64,000 nt of DNA from Squalus acanthias (Eukaryota), in the NCBI GenBank assembly GCA_030390025.1, contig CM059432.1, forward strand, positions 33,916,001 to 33,980,000. The letters are read 5' to 3'. Positions within the stretch are counted from its first letter, which is position 1; the number at the start of each line of letters is the position of its first letter. The notes below the pieces were generated by a model. It saw only the letters and a program-made list of their open reading frames with translations. It ran no database searches and was not told where the DNA came from. Positions 1 to 18,000 of this stretch are shown in pieces. A program made the position numbers and the translations under genes.

Positions 1-3000
1 TCCGTACACAAACACTGCATCACTGAATCCTCTTCATTAATATATCAGTACATTCACACTCCATCACTGCAATCCATTAATTAATATATCAGGAAACTCG
101 CAGTCCATCACTGTATCATCTTATTTAAAATATCAATACACACACACTCCATACCTGCAAGCTCTTCATTCATGTAACAGTACACTCACACTCCATCAAT
201 GCATCATCTAAATTAATATATCAGTAGACACACACTCCATCACTGCAACCTGTTAATTAATCTATCTGCAGACTCAAACTCCATCACTGCTTCCTCTTAA
301 TTAATATATCAGTACACACACACTCCATCACTGCATCCTCTTAATTAATATATCAGTACACACACACTGCATCACTGCTCCATCTTAATTAATATATCAG
401 CGCACACAAACTCCATCACTGCATCCTCTTAATTAATATATCAGCACACTCAAACTCCATCACTGCATCTTCTTTATTAATACATCAGCACACTCAAACT
501 CCATCACTGCATCCTCTTAATTAATATATCAGTACACACACACTCCATCACTGCATCCCATTAATTAATATATCAGAACACACACACTCCATCACTGCAT
601 TCTCTTAATTAATATATCAGTACACACACAGTGCATCACTGCATCCTCTTAATTAATATATCAGTACACACACACTCCATCACTGCATCCTCTTACTTAA
701 TATATCAGTACACACAAACTGCATCACTGCATCCTCTTAATTAATATATCAGTACACACACACTCCATCAAAGCATCCTCTTAATTAATATATCAGTACA
801 CACACACTCCATCACAGCATCCTCTTAATTAATATATCATTACACACACAGTGCATCACTGCATCCTCTTAATTAATATATCAGTACACACACAGTGCAT
901 CACTGCATCCTCTTAATTAATATATCAGAACACACACAGTCCATCACTGCATCCTCTTAATTATTATATCAGTACACACACACTCCATCACTGCATCCTC
1001 TTAATTAATATATCAGCACACATACACTCCATCACATCAACCTGTTAATTAATCTATCAGAACACACACACTGCATCACTGCACCATCTTAATTAATATA
1101 TCAGCACACTCAAACTCCATCACTGCATCCTGTTAATTAATATATCAGCACACTCAAATTCCATCACTGCATCCTCTTAATACATCAGCACACTCAAACT
1201 CCATCACTGCATCCTCTTAATTAATATATCAGCGCACTCAAACTCCATCACTGCATCCTCTTAATTAATATATCAGCACACTCAAACTCCATCACTGCAT
1301 CTTCTTAATTAATACATCAGCACACTCAAACTCCATCGCTGCATCCTCTTAATTAATATATCAGAACACACACACTCTATCACTGCATCCTCTTAATTAA
1401 TATATCAGTACACACACACAGTGCATCACTGCATCCTCTTAATTAATATATCAGTACACACACACTCCATCACTGCATCCCATTAATTAATATATCAGAA
1501 AACACACACTCCATCACTGCATCCTCTTAATTAATATATCAGTACACACACAGTGCATCACTGCATCCTCTTAATTAATATATCAGTACACACACACTCC
1601 ATCACTGAATCCCATTAATTATTATATCAGTACACACACACTCCATCACTGCATCCTCTTAATTAATATCAGTATTCATACACTCCATCACTGCATCCTC
1701 TTAATTAATATATAAGTACACACACACTCCTTCACTGCATTCTCTTCATTAATATATCAGTACACACAAACTCCATCACTGCATCCTCTTAATTAATATT
1801 TAATTACACTCACACTCCATCACTGCATCCCCTCAATTAATCTTTCCATACACACACACTCCATCACTGCATCCTCATAATTAATCTTTCCGTACACACG
1901 CACTCCATCACTGCATCCTCTTAATTAATATATCAGTACACACACACTCCATCACTGCATCCCCTTAATTAATATATCAGTACACACACACTCCATCACT
2001 GCATCCCTTAATTAATATATCAGTACACTCATACTCCATCACTGCATCCTCTTAATTAATATATCAGTACACACACACTCCATCACTGCATCCTCTTAAT
2101 TAATATATCAGAACACACACACTCCATCACTGCATCCTCTTAATTAATATATCAGTACACACACACTCCATCACTGCATCCTCTTAATTAATATATCAGT
2201 AGACACACACTCTCTCACTGGATCCTCTTAATTAATATATCAGTACACTCACACTCCATTACTGCATCCTCTTAATTAATATATCAGTACACACACACTC
2301 CATCACTGCATCCTCTTAATTAATATATCAGTACACACACACTCTCTCACTGGATCCTCTTAATTAATATATCAGTACACTCACACTCCATCACTGCATC
2401 ATCTTAATTAATATATCAATACAAACACACTCCTTCACTGCATCTCATTAATTAATATATCAGTACACACACACTCCATCACTGCATCATCTTAATTAAT
2501 ATATCAGTACACACACACTCCATCACTGCATCCCCTTAATTAATATATCAGTACACACACACTCCATCACTGCATCTCATTAATTAATATATCAGTACAC
2601 ACTCACTCCATCACTGCATCCTCTTAATTAATATATCAGTACACACACACTCCATCACTGCATCCTCTTAATTAATATATCAGTACACACACACTCCATC
2701 ACTGCATCCTCTTAATTAATATATCAGTACACATACACTCCATCACTGCATCCTCTTTATTTATATATCAGTACACACACATTCCATCACTGCCTCCTGT
2801 TCATTAATATATCCGTACACAAACACTGCATCACTGAATCCTCTTCATTAATATATCAGTACATTCACACTCCATCACTGCAATCCATTAATTAATATAT
2901 CAGGAAACTCGCAGTCCATCACTGTATCATCTTATTTAAAATATCAATACACACACACTCCATACCTGCAAGCTCTTCATTCATGTAACAGTACACTCAC

Positions 3001-6000
3001 ACTCCATCAATGCATCATCTAAATTAATATATCAGTAGACACACACTCCATCACTGCAACCTGTTAATTAATCTATCTGCAGACTCAAACTCCATCACTG
3101 CTTCCTCTTAATTAATATATCAGTACACACACACTCCATCACTGCATCCTCTTAATTAATATATCAGTACACACACACTGCATCACTGCTCCATCTTAAT
3201 TAATATATCAGCGCACACAAACTCCATCACTGCATCCTCTTAATTAATATATCAGCACACTCAAACTCCATCACTGCATCTTCTTTATTAATACATCAGC
3301 ACACTCAAACTCCATCACTGCATCCTCTTAATTAATATATCAGTACACACACACTCCATCACTGCATCCCATTAATTAATATATCAGAACACACACACTC
3401 CATCACTGCATTCTCTTAATTAATATATCAGTACACACACAGTGCATCACTGCATCCTCTTAATTAATATATCAGTACACACACACTCCATCACTGCATC
3501 CTCTTACTTAATATATCAGTACACACAAACTGCATCACTGCATCCTCTTAATTAATATATCAGTACACACACACTCCATCAAAGCATCCTCTTAATTAAT
3601 ATATCAGTACACACACACTCCATCACAGCATCCTCTTAATTAATATATCAGTACACACACAGTGCATCACTGCATCCTCTTAATTAATATATCAGAACAC
3701 ACACACTCCATCACTGCATCCTATTATTTAATATATCAGTACACACACACTCCATCACTGCATCCTCTTAATTAATATATAAGTACACTCACACTCCATC
3801 ACTGCATCCTCTTAATTAATATTTAATTACACTCACACTCCATCACTGCATCCTCATAAATAATCTTTCCGTACACACGCACTCCATCACTGCATCCCCT
3901 TAATTAATATATCAGTACACACACACTCCATCACTGCATCCCCTTAATTAATCTTTACCTACACACACACTCCATCACTGCTTCCTCTTAATTAATATAT
4001 CAGTACACACACACTCCATCACTGCATCCTCTTAATTAATATGTCAGAACACACACACTCCATCACTGCATCCTCTTAATTAATATATCAGTACAGCCGC
4101 ACTCCATCACTGCAACCCCTTAATTAATATATCAGTACACTCATACTCCATCACTGCATCCTCTTAATTAATATATCAGTACACACACACTCCATCACTG
4201 CATCATCTTAATTAATATATCAGTACACACACACTCCATCACTGCATCCCCTTAATTAATATATCAGTACACACACACTCCATCACTGCATCTCATTAAT
4301 TAATATATCAGTACACACACTCCATCACTGCATCTCCTTAATTAATATATCAGCACACACACACTCCATTACTGCATCTCCTTACTGAATATATCAGTAC
4401 ACACACACTCCATCACTGCATCCTCCTAATTAATCTTTCCGTACACACGCACTCCATCAGTGCATCCTCCTAATTAATATATCAGTACACACACACTCCA
4501 TCACTGCATCCCCTTAATTAATATATCAGTACACACACACTCCATCACTGCATCCTCTTAATTAATATATCAGAACCAACACACTCCATCACTGCATCCT
4601 CTTAATTAATATATCAGAACACACACACTCCATCACTGCATCCTCTTAATTAATATATCAGAACACACACACTCCATCACTGCTACCTCTTAATTAATAT
4701 ATCAGTACACTCATACTCCATCACTGCAACCTCTTAATTAATATATCAGTACACACACATCCATCACTGCATCCTCTTAATTAATATATCAGAACACACA
4801 CACTCCATCACTGCATCCTCTTAATTAATATATCAGTACACACACACTCCATCACTGCATCCTCTTAATTAATATATCAGTAGACACACACTCTCACTGG
4901 ATCACAATAATTAATATATCAGTACACACACACTCCATCACTGCATCATCTTAATTAATATATCAGTACACACACACTCCATCACTGCATCCCCTTAATT
5001 AATATATCAGTACAAACACACTCCATCACTGCATCTCATTAATGAATATATCAGTACACACACTCCATCACTGCATCCTCTTAATTATTATATCAGTACA
5101 CACACACTCCATCACTGCATCCCCTTAATTAATATATCAGTACACTCACACTCCATTACTGCAACTTCTTAATTAATATATCAGTACACTCACACTCCAT
5201 TACTGCAACTTCTTAATTAATATATCAGTACACTCAAACTCCATTACTGCAACTTCTTAATTGATATATCAGTACACTCACATTCCATCACTGCATCCGC
5301 TTAATTAATATATCAGTACACACAACCTCCATCACTGCATCCTCTTAATTAATATATCAGAACACACACACTCCATCACTGCATCCTCTTAATTAATATA
5401 TCAGAACACACACACTCCATCACTGCATCCTCTTAATTAATATATCAGAACACACACACTCCATCACTGCATCCTCTTAATTAATATATCAGAACACACA
5501 CACACTCCATCACTGCATCCTCTTAATTAATATATCAGTACACTCGCACTCCATCACTGCATCCCCTTAATTAATATATCAGTACACTCATACTCCATCA
5601 CTGCATCCTCTTAATTAATATATCAGAACACACACACTCCATCACTGCATCCTCTTAATTAATATATCAGAACACACACACTCCATCACTGCATCCCCTT
5701 AATTAATATATCAGTACACTCATACTCCATCACTGCATCCTCTTAATTAATATATCAGTACACACACACTCCATCACTGCATCCTCTTAATTAATATATC
5801 AGAACACACACACTCCATCACTGCATCCTCTTAATTAATATATCAGTACACACGCACTCCATCACTGCATCCTCTTAATTAATATATCAGTAGACACACA
5901 CTCTCTCATTGGATCCTCTTAATTAATATATCAGTACACTCACACTCCATCACTGCATCATCTTAATTAATATATCAGTACACCCACACTCCATCACTGC

Positions 6001-9000
6001 ATCCTCTTAATTAATATATCAGTACACACACACTCCATCACTGCATCACATTAATTAATATATAAGTACACACACACTCCATCACTGCATCATCTTAATT
6101 AATATATCAGTACACACACACTCCATCACTGCATCATCTTAATTAATATATCAGTACACACACGCTCCATCACTGCATCCCCTTAATTATTATATCAGTA
6201 CTCTCACACTCCATCACTGCATCCTCTTAATTAATATATCAGTACACACACACTCCATCACTGCATCCTCTTCATTAATATATCAGTACACACACACTCC
6301 ATCACTGCATCGTCTTAATTAATATATCAGTAAACTCACACTCCATCACTGCATCCTCTTTATTAATATATCAGTACACACAACCTCCATCACTGCATCC
6401 TCTTAATTAATATATCAGTACACTCACACTCCATCACTGCATCCTCTTAATTAATATATCAGTACACACACACTCCATCACTGCATCCCCTTAATTAATA
6501 TATCAGTACACACAACCTCCATCACTGCATCCTCTTAATTAATATATCAGTACACACACACTCCATCACTGCATCCTCTTAATTAATATATCAGTAGACA
6601 CACACTCTCTCACTGGATCCTCTTAATTAATATATCAGTACACTCACACTCCATCACTGCATCATCTTAATTAATATATCAGTACACCCACACTCCATCA
6701 CTGCATCCTCTTAATTATTATATCAGTACACTCACACTCCATCACTGCATCCCCTTAATTAATAAATCAGTACACACACACACCATCCCCTTAATTATTA
6801 TATCAGTACACTCACACTCCATCACTGCATCCCCTTAATTAATAAATCAGTACACTCACACTCCATCACTGCATCCTCTTAATTAATATATCAGTACACA
6901 CACACTCCATCACTGCATCATCTTAATTAATATATCAGTACACACACACTCCATCACTGCATCCCCTTAATTAATATATCAGTACACACACACTCCATCA
7001 CTGCATCTCATTAATTAATATATCAGTACACACACTCCATCACTGCATCTCCTTAATTAAAATATCAGCACACACACACTCCATCACAGCATCCTCTTAA
7101 TTAATATATCAGTACACACACACTCCATCACTGCATCCTCTTAATTAATATATCAGAACACACACTCCATCACTGCATCCTCTTAATTAATATATAAGTA
7201 CACACACACTCCATCACTGCATCCTCTTAATTAATATTTAATTACACTCACACTCCATCACTGCATCCTCATAATTAATCTTTCCGTACACACGCACTCC
7301 ATCACTGCATCCCCTTAATTAATATATCAGTACACACACACTCCATCACTGCATCCCCTTAATTAATCTTTACCTACACACACACTCCATCACTGCTTCC
7401 TCTTAATTAATATATCAGTACACACACACTCCATCACTGCATCCTCTTAATTAATATATCAGAACACACACACTCCATCACTGCATCCTCTTAATTAATA
7501 TGTCAGAACACACACACTCCATCACTGCATCATCTTAATTAATATATCAGTACACACACACTCCATCACTGCATCCCCTTAATTAATATATCAGTACAAA
7601 CACACTCCATCACTGCATCTCATTAATTAATATATCAGTACACACACTCCATCACTGCATCCTCTTAATTATTATATCAGTACACACACACTCCATCACT
7701 GCATCCCCTTAATTAATATATCAGTACACTCACACTCCATTACTGCAACTTCTTAATTACTATATCAGTACACTCACACTCCATTACTGCAACTTCTTAA
7801 TTAATATATCAGTACACACACACTCCATCACTGCATCTCATTAATTAATATATCAGTACACACACTCCATCACTGCATCTCCTTAATTAAAATATCAGCA
7901 CACACACACTCCATCACAGCATCCTCTTAATTAATATATCAGTACACACACACTCCATCACTGCATCCTCTTAATTAATATATCAGAACACACACTCCAT
8001 CACTGCATCCTATTATTTAATATATCAGTACACACACACTCCATCACTGCATCCTCTTAATTAATATATAAGTACACACACACTCCATCACTGCATCCTC
8101 TTAATTAATATTTAATTACACTCACACTCCATCACTGCATCCTCATAATTAATCTTTCCGTACACACGCACTCCATCACTGCATCCCCTTAATTAATATA
8201 TCAGTACACACACACTCCATCACTGCATCCCCTTAATTAATCTTTACCTACACACACACTCCATCACTGCTTCCTCTTAATTAATATATCAGTACACACA
8301 CACTCCATCACTGCATCCTCTTAATTAATATATCAGAACACACACACTCCATCACTGCATCCTCTTAATTAATATGTCAGAACACACACACTCCATCACT
8401 GCATCATCTTAATTAATATATCAGTACACACACACTCCATCACTGCATCCCCTTAATTAATATATCAGTACAAACACACTCCATCACTGCATCTCATTAA
8501 TTAATATATCAGTACACACACTCCATCACTGCATCCTCTTAATTATTATATCAGTACACACACACTCCATCACTGCATCCCCTTAATTAATATATCAGTA
8601 CACTCACACTCCATTACTGCAACTTCTTAATTACTATATCAGTACACTCACACTCCATTACTGCAACTTCTTAATTAATATATCAGTACACTCAAACTCC
8701 ATTACTGCAACTTCTTAATTGATATATCAGAACACTCACATTCCATCACTGCATCCGCTTAATTAATATATCAGTACACACAACCTCCATCACTGCATCC
8801 TCTTAATTAATATATCAGAACACACACACTCCATCACTGCATCCTCTTAATTAATATATCAGAACACACACACTCCATCACTGCATCCTCTTAATTAATA
8901 TATCAGAACACACACACTCCATCACTGCATCCTCTTAATTAATATATCAGTACACTCGCACTCCATCACTGCATCCCCTTAATTAATATATCAGTACACT

Positions 9001-12000
9001 CATACTCCATCACTGCATCCTCTTAATTAATATATCAGAACACACACACTCCATCACTGCATCCTCTTAATTAATATATCAGAACACACACACTCCATCA
9101 CTGCATCCCCTTAATTAATATATCAGTACACTCATACTCCATCACTGCATCCTCTTAATTAATATATCAGTACACACACACTCCATCACTGCATCCTCTT
9201 AATTAATATATCAGAACACACACACTCCATCACTGCATCCTCTTAATTAATATATCAGTACACACACACTCCATCACTGCATCCTCTTAATTAATATATC
9301 AGTAGACACACACTCTCTCATTGGATCCTCTTAATTAATATATCAGTACACTCACACTCCATCACTGCATCATCTTAATTAATATATCAGTACACCCACA
9401 CTCCATCACTGCATCCTCTTAATTAATATATCAGTACACACACACTCCATCACTGCATCACATTAATTAATATATCAGTACACACACACTCCATCACTGC
9501 ATCATCTTAATTAATATATCAGTACACACACACTCCATCACTGCATCATCTTAATTAATATATCAGTACACACACGCTCCATCACTGCATCCCCTTAATT
9601 ATTATATCAGTACTCTCACACTCCATCACTGCATCCTCTTAATTAATATATCAGTACACACACACTCCATCACTGCATCCTCTTCATTAATATATCAGTA
9701 CACACACACTCCATCACTGCATCGTCTTAATTAATATATCAGTAAACTCACACTCCATCACTGCATCCTCTTAATTAATATACCAGTACACACAACCTCC
9801 ATCACTGCATCCTCTTAATTAATATATCAGTACACTCACACTCCATCACTGCATCCTCTTAATTAATATATCAGTACACACACACTCCATCACTGCATCC
9901 CCTTAATTAATATATCAGTACACACAACCTCCATCACTGCATCCTCTTAATTAATATATCAGTACACACACACTCCATCACTGCATCCTCTTAATTAATA
10001 TATCAGTAGACACACACTCTCTCACTGGATCCTCTTAATTAATATATCAGTACACTCACACTCCATCACTGCATCATCTTAATTAATATATCAGTACACC
10101 CACACTCCATCACTGCATCCTCTTAATTATTATATCAGTACACTCACACTCCATCACTGCATCCCCTTAATTAATAAATCAGTACACACACACACCATCC
10201 CCTTAATTATTATATCAGTACACTCACACTCCATCACTGCATCCCCTTAATTAATAAATCAGTACACACACACTCCATCACTGCATCCTCTTAATTAATA
10301 TATCAGTACACACACACTCCATCACTGCATCATCTTAATTAATATATCAGTACACACACACTCCATCACTGCATCCCCTTAATTAATATATCAGTACACA
10401 CACACTCCATCACTGCATCTCATTAATTAATATATCAGTGCACACACTCCATCACTGCATCTCCTTAATTAATATATCAGCACACACACACTCCATTACT
10501 GCATCTCCTTACTGAATATATCAGTACACACACACTCCATCACTGCATCATCTTAATTAATATATCAGTACACACACGCTCCATCACTGCATCCTCTTAA
10601 TTATTATATCAGTACACTCACACTCCATCACTGCATCCCCTTAATTAATAAATCAGTACACACACACACCATCCCCTTAATTATTATATCAGTACACTCA
10701 CACTCCATCACTGCATCATCTTAATTAATATATCAGTACACCCACACTCCATCACTGCATCCTCTTAATTAATATATCAGTACACACACACTCCATCACT
10801 GCATCATCTTAATTAATATATCAGTACACACACGCTCCATCACTGCATCCCCTTAATTATTATATCAGTACTCTCACACTCCATCACTGCATCCTCTTAA
10901 TTAATATATCAGTACACACACACTCCATCACTGCATCCTCTTCATTAATATATCAGTACACACACACTCCATCACTGCATCGTCTTAATTAATATATCAG
11001 TAAACTCACACTCCATCACTGCATCCTCTTAATTAATATATCAGTACACACAACCTCCATCACTGCATCCTCTTAATTAATATATCAGTACACTCACACT
11101 CCATCACTGCATCCTCTTAATTAATATATCAGTACACACACACTCCATCACTGCAGCCCCTTAATTAATATATCAGTACACACAACCTCCATCACTGCAT
11201 CCTCTGAATTAATATATCAGTACACACACACTCCATCACTGCATCCTCTTAATTAATATATCAGTAGACACACACTCTCTCACTGGATCCTCTTAATTAA
11301 TATATCAGTACACTCACACTCCATCACTGCATCATCTTAATTAATATATCAGTACAGCCACACTCCATCACTGCATCCTCTTAATTATTATATGAGTACA
11401 CTCACACTCCATCACTGCATCCCCTTAATTAATAAATCAGTACACACACACACCATCCCCTTAATTATTATATCAGTACACTCACACTCCATCACTGCAT
11501 CCCCTTAATTAATAAATCAGTACACTCACACTCCATCACTGCATCCTCTTAATTAATATATCAGTACACTCACACTCCATCACTGCATCCTCTTAATTAA
11601 TATATTATTACACTCACACTCCATCGCTGTAGCCCCTTAATTAATATATCAGTACACTCACACTCCATCACTGCATCCTCTTAATTAATATATCAGTTCA
11701 CACACACTCCATCACTGCATCCACTTAATTAATATATCAGTACACACACATTCTCCATCACTGCATCCACTTAATTAATATATCAGTACACTCACACTCC
11801 ATCACTGCATCCTCTTAATTAATATATCAGTACACACACACTCCATCAGGGCATCCACTTAATTAATATATCAGTACACACACACTCCATCACTGCATCC
11901 ACTTAATTAATATATCAGTACACTCACACTCCATCACTGCATCCACTTAATTAATATATCAGTACACTCACACTCCATCACTGCATCCTCTTAATTAATA

Positions 12001-15000
12001 TATCAGTACACACACACTCCATCACTGCATCCACTTAATTAAGATATCAGTACACACACACTCCATCACTGCATCCACTTAATTAATATATCAGTACGCA
12101 CACACTCCATCACTGCATCCTCTTAATTAATATATCAGTACACTCACACTCCATCACTGCATCCTCTTAATTAATATATCAGTACACACACACTCCATCA
12201 CTGCATCCTCTTAATTATTATATCAGTACACTCACACTCCATCACTGCATCCAATCAATATATCATTACACTCACACTCCATCACTGCATCCTCTTAATT
12301 AATATATCAGTACACTCACACTCCATCACTGCATCCTCTTAATTAATATATCAGTACACACACACTCCATCACTGCATCCACTTAATTAAGATATCAGTA
12401 CACACACACTCCATCACTGCATCCACTTAATTAATATATCAGTACGCACACACTCCATCACTGCATCCTCTTAATTAATATATCAGTACACTCACACTCC
12501 ATCACTGCATCCTCTTAATTAATATATCAGTACACACACACTCCATCACTGCATCCTCTTAATTATTATATCAGTACACTCACACTCCATCACTGCATCC
12601 AATCAATATATCATTACACTCACACTCCATCACTGCATCCTCTTAATTAATATATCAGTACACTCACACTCCATCACTGCATCCTCTTAATTAATATATC
12701 AGTACACACACACTCCATCACTGCATCCACTTAATTAATATATCAGAACACACACACTCCATCACTGCATCCTCTTAATTAATATATCAGAACACACACA
12801 CTCCATCACTGCATCCCCTTAATTAATATATCAGTACACTCATACTCCATCACTGCATCCTCTTAATTAATATATCAGTACACACACACTCCATCACTGC
12901 ATCCCCTTAATTAATATATCAGTACACACAACCTCCATCACTGCATCCTCTTAATTAATATATCAGTACACACACACTCCATCACTGCATCCTCTTAATT
13001 AATATATCAGTAGACACACACTCTCTCACTGGATCCTCTTAATTAATATATCAGTACACTCACACTCCATCACTGCATCATCTTAATTAATATATCAGTA
13101 CACCCACACTCCATCACTGCATCCTCTTAATTATTATATCAGTACACTCACACTTCCATCACTGCATCCCCTTAATTAATAAATCAGTACACACACACAC
13201 CATCCCCTTAATTATTATATCAGTACACTCACACTCCATCACTGCATCCCTTAATTAATAAATCAGTACACACACACTCCATCACTGCATCCTCTTAATT
13301 AATATATCAGTACACTCACACTCCATCACTGCATCCTCTTAATTAATATATTATTACACTCACACTCCATCGCTGTAGCCCCTTAATTAATATATCAGTA
13401 CACTCACACTCCATCACTGCATCCTCTTAATTAATATATCAGTTCACACACACTCCATCACTGCATCCACTTAATTAATATATCAGTACACACACATTCT
13501 CCATCACTGCATCCACTTAATTAATATATCAGTACACTCACACTCCATCACTGCATCCTCTTAATTAATATATCAGTACACACACACTCCATCACTGCAT
13601 CCACTTAATTAATATATCAGTACACACACACTCCATCACTGCATCCACTTAATTAATATATCAGTACACTCACACTCCATCACTGCATCCACTTAATTAA
13701 TATATCAGTACACTCACACTCCATCACTGCATCCTCTTAATTAATATATCAGTACACACACACTCCATCACTGCATCCACTTAATTAAGATATCAGTACA
13801 CACACACTCCATCACTGCATCCACTTAATTAATATATCAGTACGCACACACTCCATCACTGCATCCTCTTAATTAATATATCAGTACACTCACACTCCAT
13901 CACTGCATCCTCTTAATTAATATATCAGTACACACACACTCCATCACTGCATCCTCTTAATTATTATATCAGTACACTCACACTCCATCACTGCATCCAA
14001 TCAATATATCATTACACTCACACTCCATCACTGCATCCTCTTAATTAATATATCAGTACACTCACACTCCATCACTGCATCCTCTTAATTAATATATCAG
14101 TACACACACACTCCATCACTGCATCCACTTAATTAATATATCAGAACACACACACTCCATCACTGCATCCTCTTAATTAATATATCAGAACACACACACT
14201 CCATCACTGCATCCACTTAATTAATATATCAGTACACTCACACTCCATCACTGCATCCACTTAATTAATATATCAGTACACTCACACTCCATCACTGCAT
14301 CCTCTTAATTAATATATCAGTACACACACACTCCATCACTGCATCCACTTAATTAAGATATCAGTACACACACACTCCATCACTGCATCCACTTAATTAA
14401 TATATCAGTACGCACACACTCCATCACTGCATCCTCTTAATTAATATATCAGTACACTCACACTCCATCACTGCATCCTCTTAATTAATATATCAGTACA
14501 CACACACTCCATCACTGCATCCTCTTAATTATTATATCAGTACACTCACACTCCATCACTGCATTGCCTTAATTAATATATCATTACACTCACACTCCAT
14601 CACTGCATCCTCTTAATTAATATATCAGTACACTCACACTCCATCACTGCATCCTCTTAATTAATATATCAGTACACACACACTCCATCACTGCATCCAC
14701 TTAATTAATATATCAGAACACACACACTCCATCACTGCATCCTCTTAATTAATATATCAGCACACACACACTCCATCACTGCATCCCTTAATTAATATAT
14801 CAGTACACTCACACTCCATCACTGCATCCTCTTAATTAATATATCAGTACACACACACTCCATCACTGCATCCCTTAATTAATATATCAGTACACACACA
14901 CTCCATCACTGCATCCTCTTAATTAATATATCAGTACACACACACTCCATCACTGCATCCTCTTAATTAATATATCAGTAGACACACACTCTCATCACTG

Positions 15001-18000
15001 GATCCTCTTAATTAATATATCACTACACTCACACTTCATCACTGCACCATCATCTTTAATATAACAGTACACTCACACTCCATCACTGCATCCTCTTAAT
15101 TATTATATCAGTACACTCACATTCCATCACTGCATCCCCTTAATTAATAAATCAGTACACACACACACCATCCCCTTAATTATTATATCAGTACACTCAC
15201 ACTCCATCACTGCATCCCCTTAATTAATAAATCAGTACACACACACTCCATCACTGCATCCTCTTAATTAATATATTATTACACTCACACTCCATCGCTG
15301 TAGCCCCTTAATTAATATATCAGTACACTCACACTCCATCACTGCATCCTCTTAATTAATATATCAGTACACTCACACTCCATCACTGCATCCTCTTAAT
15401 TAATATATCAGTACACACACACTCCATCACTGCATCCACTTAATTAATATATCAGAACACACACACTCCATCACTGCATCCTCTTAATTAATATATCAGA
15501 ACAGACACACTCCATCACTGCATCCCCTTAATTAATATATCAGTACACTCATACTCCATCACTGCATCCTCTTAATTAATATATCAGTACACACACACTC
15601 CATCACTGCATCCCCTTAATTAATATATCAGTACACACAACCTCCATCACTGCATCCTCTTAATTAATATATCAGTACACACACACTCCATCACTGCATC
15701 CTCTTAATTAATATATCAGTAGACACACACTCTCTCACTGGATCCTCTTAATTAATATATCAGTACACTCACACTCCATCACTGCATCATCTTAATTAAT
15801 ATATCAGTACACCCACACTCCATCACTGCATCCTCTTAATTATTATATCAGTACACTCACATTCCATCACTGCATCCCCTTAATTAATAAATCAGTACAC
15901 ACACACACCATCCCCTTAATTATTATATCAGTACACTCACACTCCATCACTGCATCCCCTTAATTAATAAATCAGTACACACACACTCCATCACTGCATC
16001 CTCTTAATTAATATATTATTACACTCACACTCCATCGCTGTAGCCCCTTAATTAATATATCAGTACACTCACACTCCATCACTGCATCCTCTTAATTAAT
16101 ATATCAGTACACTCACACTCCATCACTGCATCCTCTTAATTAATATATCAGTACACACACACTCCATCACTGCATCCACTTAATTAATATATCAGAACAC
16201 ACACACTCCATCACTGCATCCTCTTAATTAATATATCAGAACACACACACTCCATCACTGCATCCCCTTAATTAATATATCAGTACACTCATACTCCATC
16301 ACTGCATCCTCTTAATTAATATATCAGTACACACACACTCCATCACTGCATCCCCTTAATTAATATATCAGTACACACAACCTCCATCACTGCATCCTCT
16401 TAATTAATATATCAGTACACACACACTCCATCACTGCATCCTCTTAATTAATATATCAGTAGACACACACTCTCTCACTGGATCCTCTTAATTAATATAT
16501 CAGTACACTCACACTCCATCACTGCATCATCTTAATTAATATATCAGTACACCCACACTCCATCACTGCATCCTCTTAATTATTATATCAGTACACTCAC
16601 ATTCCATCACTGCATCCCCTTAATTAATAAATCAGTACACACACACACCATCCCCTTAATTATTATATCAGTACACTCACACTCCATCACTGCATCCCCT
16701 TAATTAATAAATCAGTACACACACACTCCATCACTGCATCCTCTTAATTAATATATTATTACACTCACACTCCATCGCTGTAGCCCCTTAATTAATATAT
16801 CAGTACACTCACACTCCATCACTGCATCCTCTTAATTAATATATCAGTTCACACACACTCCATCACTGCATCCACTTAATTAATATATCAGTACACACAC
16901 ATTCTCCATCACTGCATCCACTTAATTAATATATCAGTACACTCACACTCCATCACTGCATCCTCTTAATTAATATATCAGTACACACACACTCCATCAC
17001 TGCATCCACTTAATTAATATATCAGTACACACACACTCCATCACTGCATCCACTTAATTAATATATCAGTACACTCACACTCCATCACTGCATCCACTTA
17101 ATTAATATATCAGTACACTCACACTCCATCACTGCATCCTCTTAATTAATATATCAGTACACACACACTCCATCACTGCATCCACTTAATTAAGATATCA
17201 GTACACACACACTCCATCACTGCATCCACTTAATTAATATATCAGTACACACACACTCCATCACTGCATCCTCTTAATTAATATATCAGTACACTCACAC
17301 TCCATCACTGCATCCTCTTAATTAATATATCAGTACACACACACTCCATCACTGCATCCTCTTAATTATTATATCAGTACACTCACACTCCATCACTGCA
17401 TCCAATCAATATATCATTACACTCACACTCCATCACTGCATCCTCTTAATTAATATATCAGTACACTCACACTCCATCACTGCATCCTCTTAATTAATAT
17501 ATCAGTACACACACACTCCATCACTGCATCCACTTAATTAATATATCAGAACACACACACTCCATCACTGCATCCTCTTAATTAATATATCAGAACACAC
17601 ACACTCCATCACTGCATCCCCTTAATTAATATATCAGTACACTCATACTCCATCACTGCATCCTCTTAATTAATATATCAGTACACACACACTCCATCAC
17701 TGCATCCTCTTAATTAATATATCAGAACACACACACTCCATCACTGCATCCTCTTAATTAATATATCAGTACACACACACTCCATCACTGCATCCTCTTA
17801 ATTAATATATCAGTAGACACACACTCTCTCACTGATCCTCTTAATTAATATATCAGTACACTCACACTCCATCACTGCATCCTCTTAATTAATATATCAG
17901 TACACCCACACTCCATCACTGCATCCTCTTAATTAATATATCAGTACACACACACTCCATCACTGCATCACATTAATTAATATATCAGTACACACACACG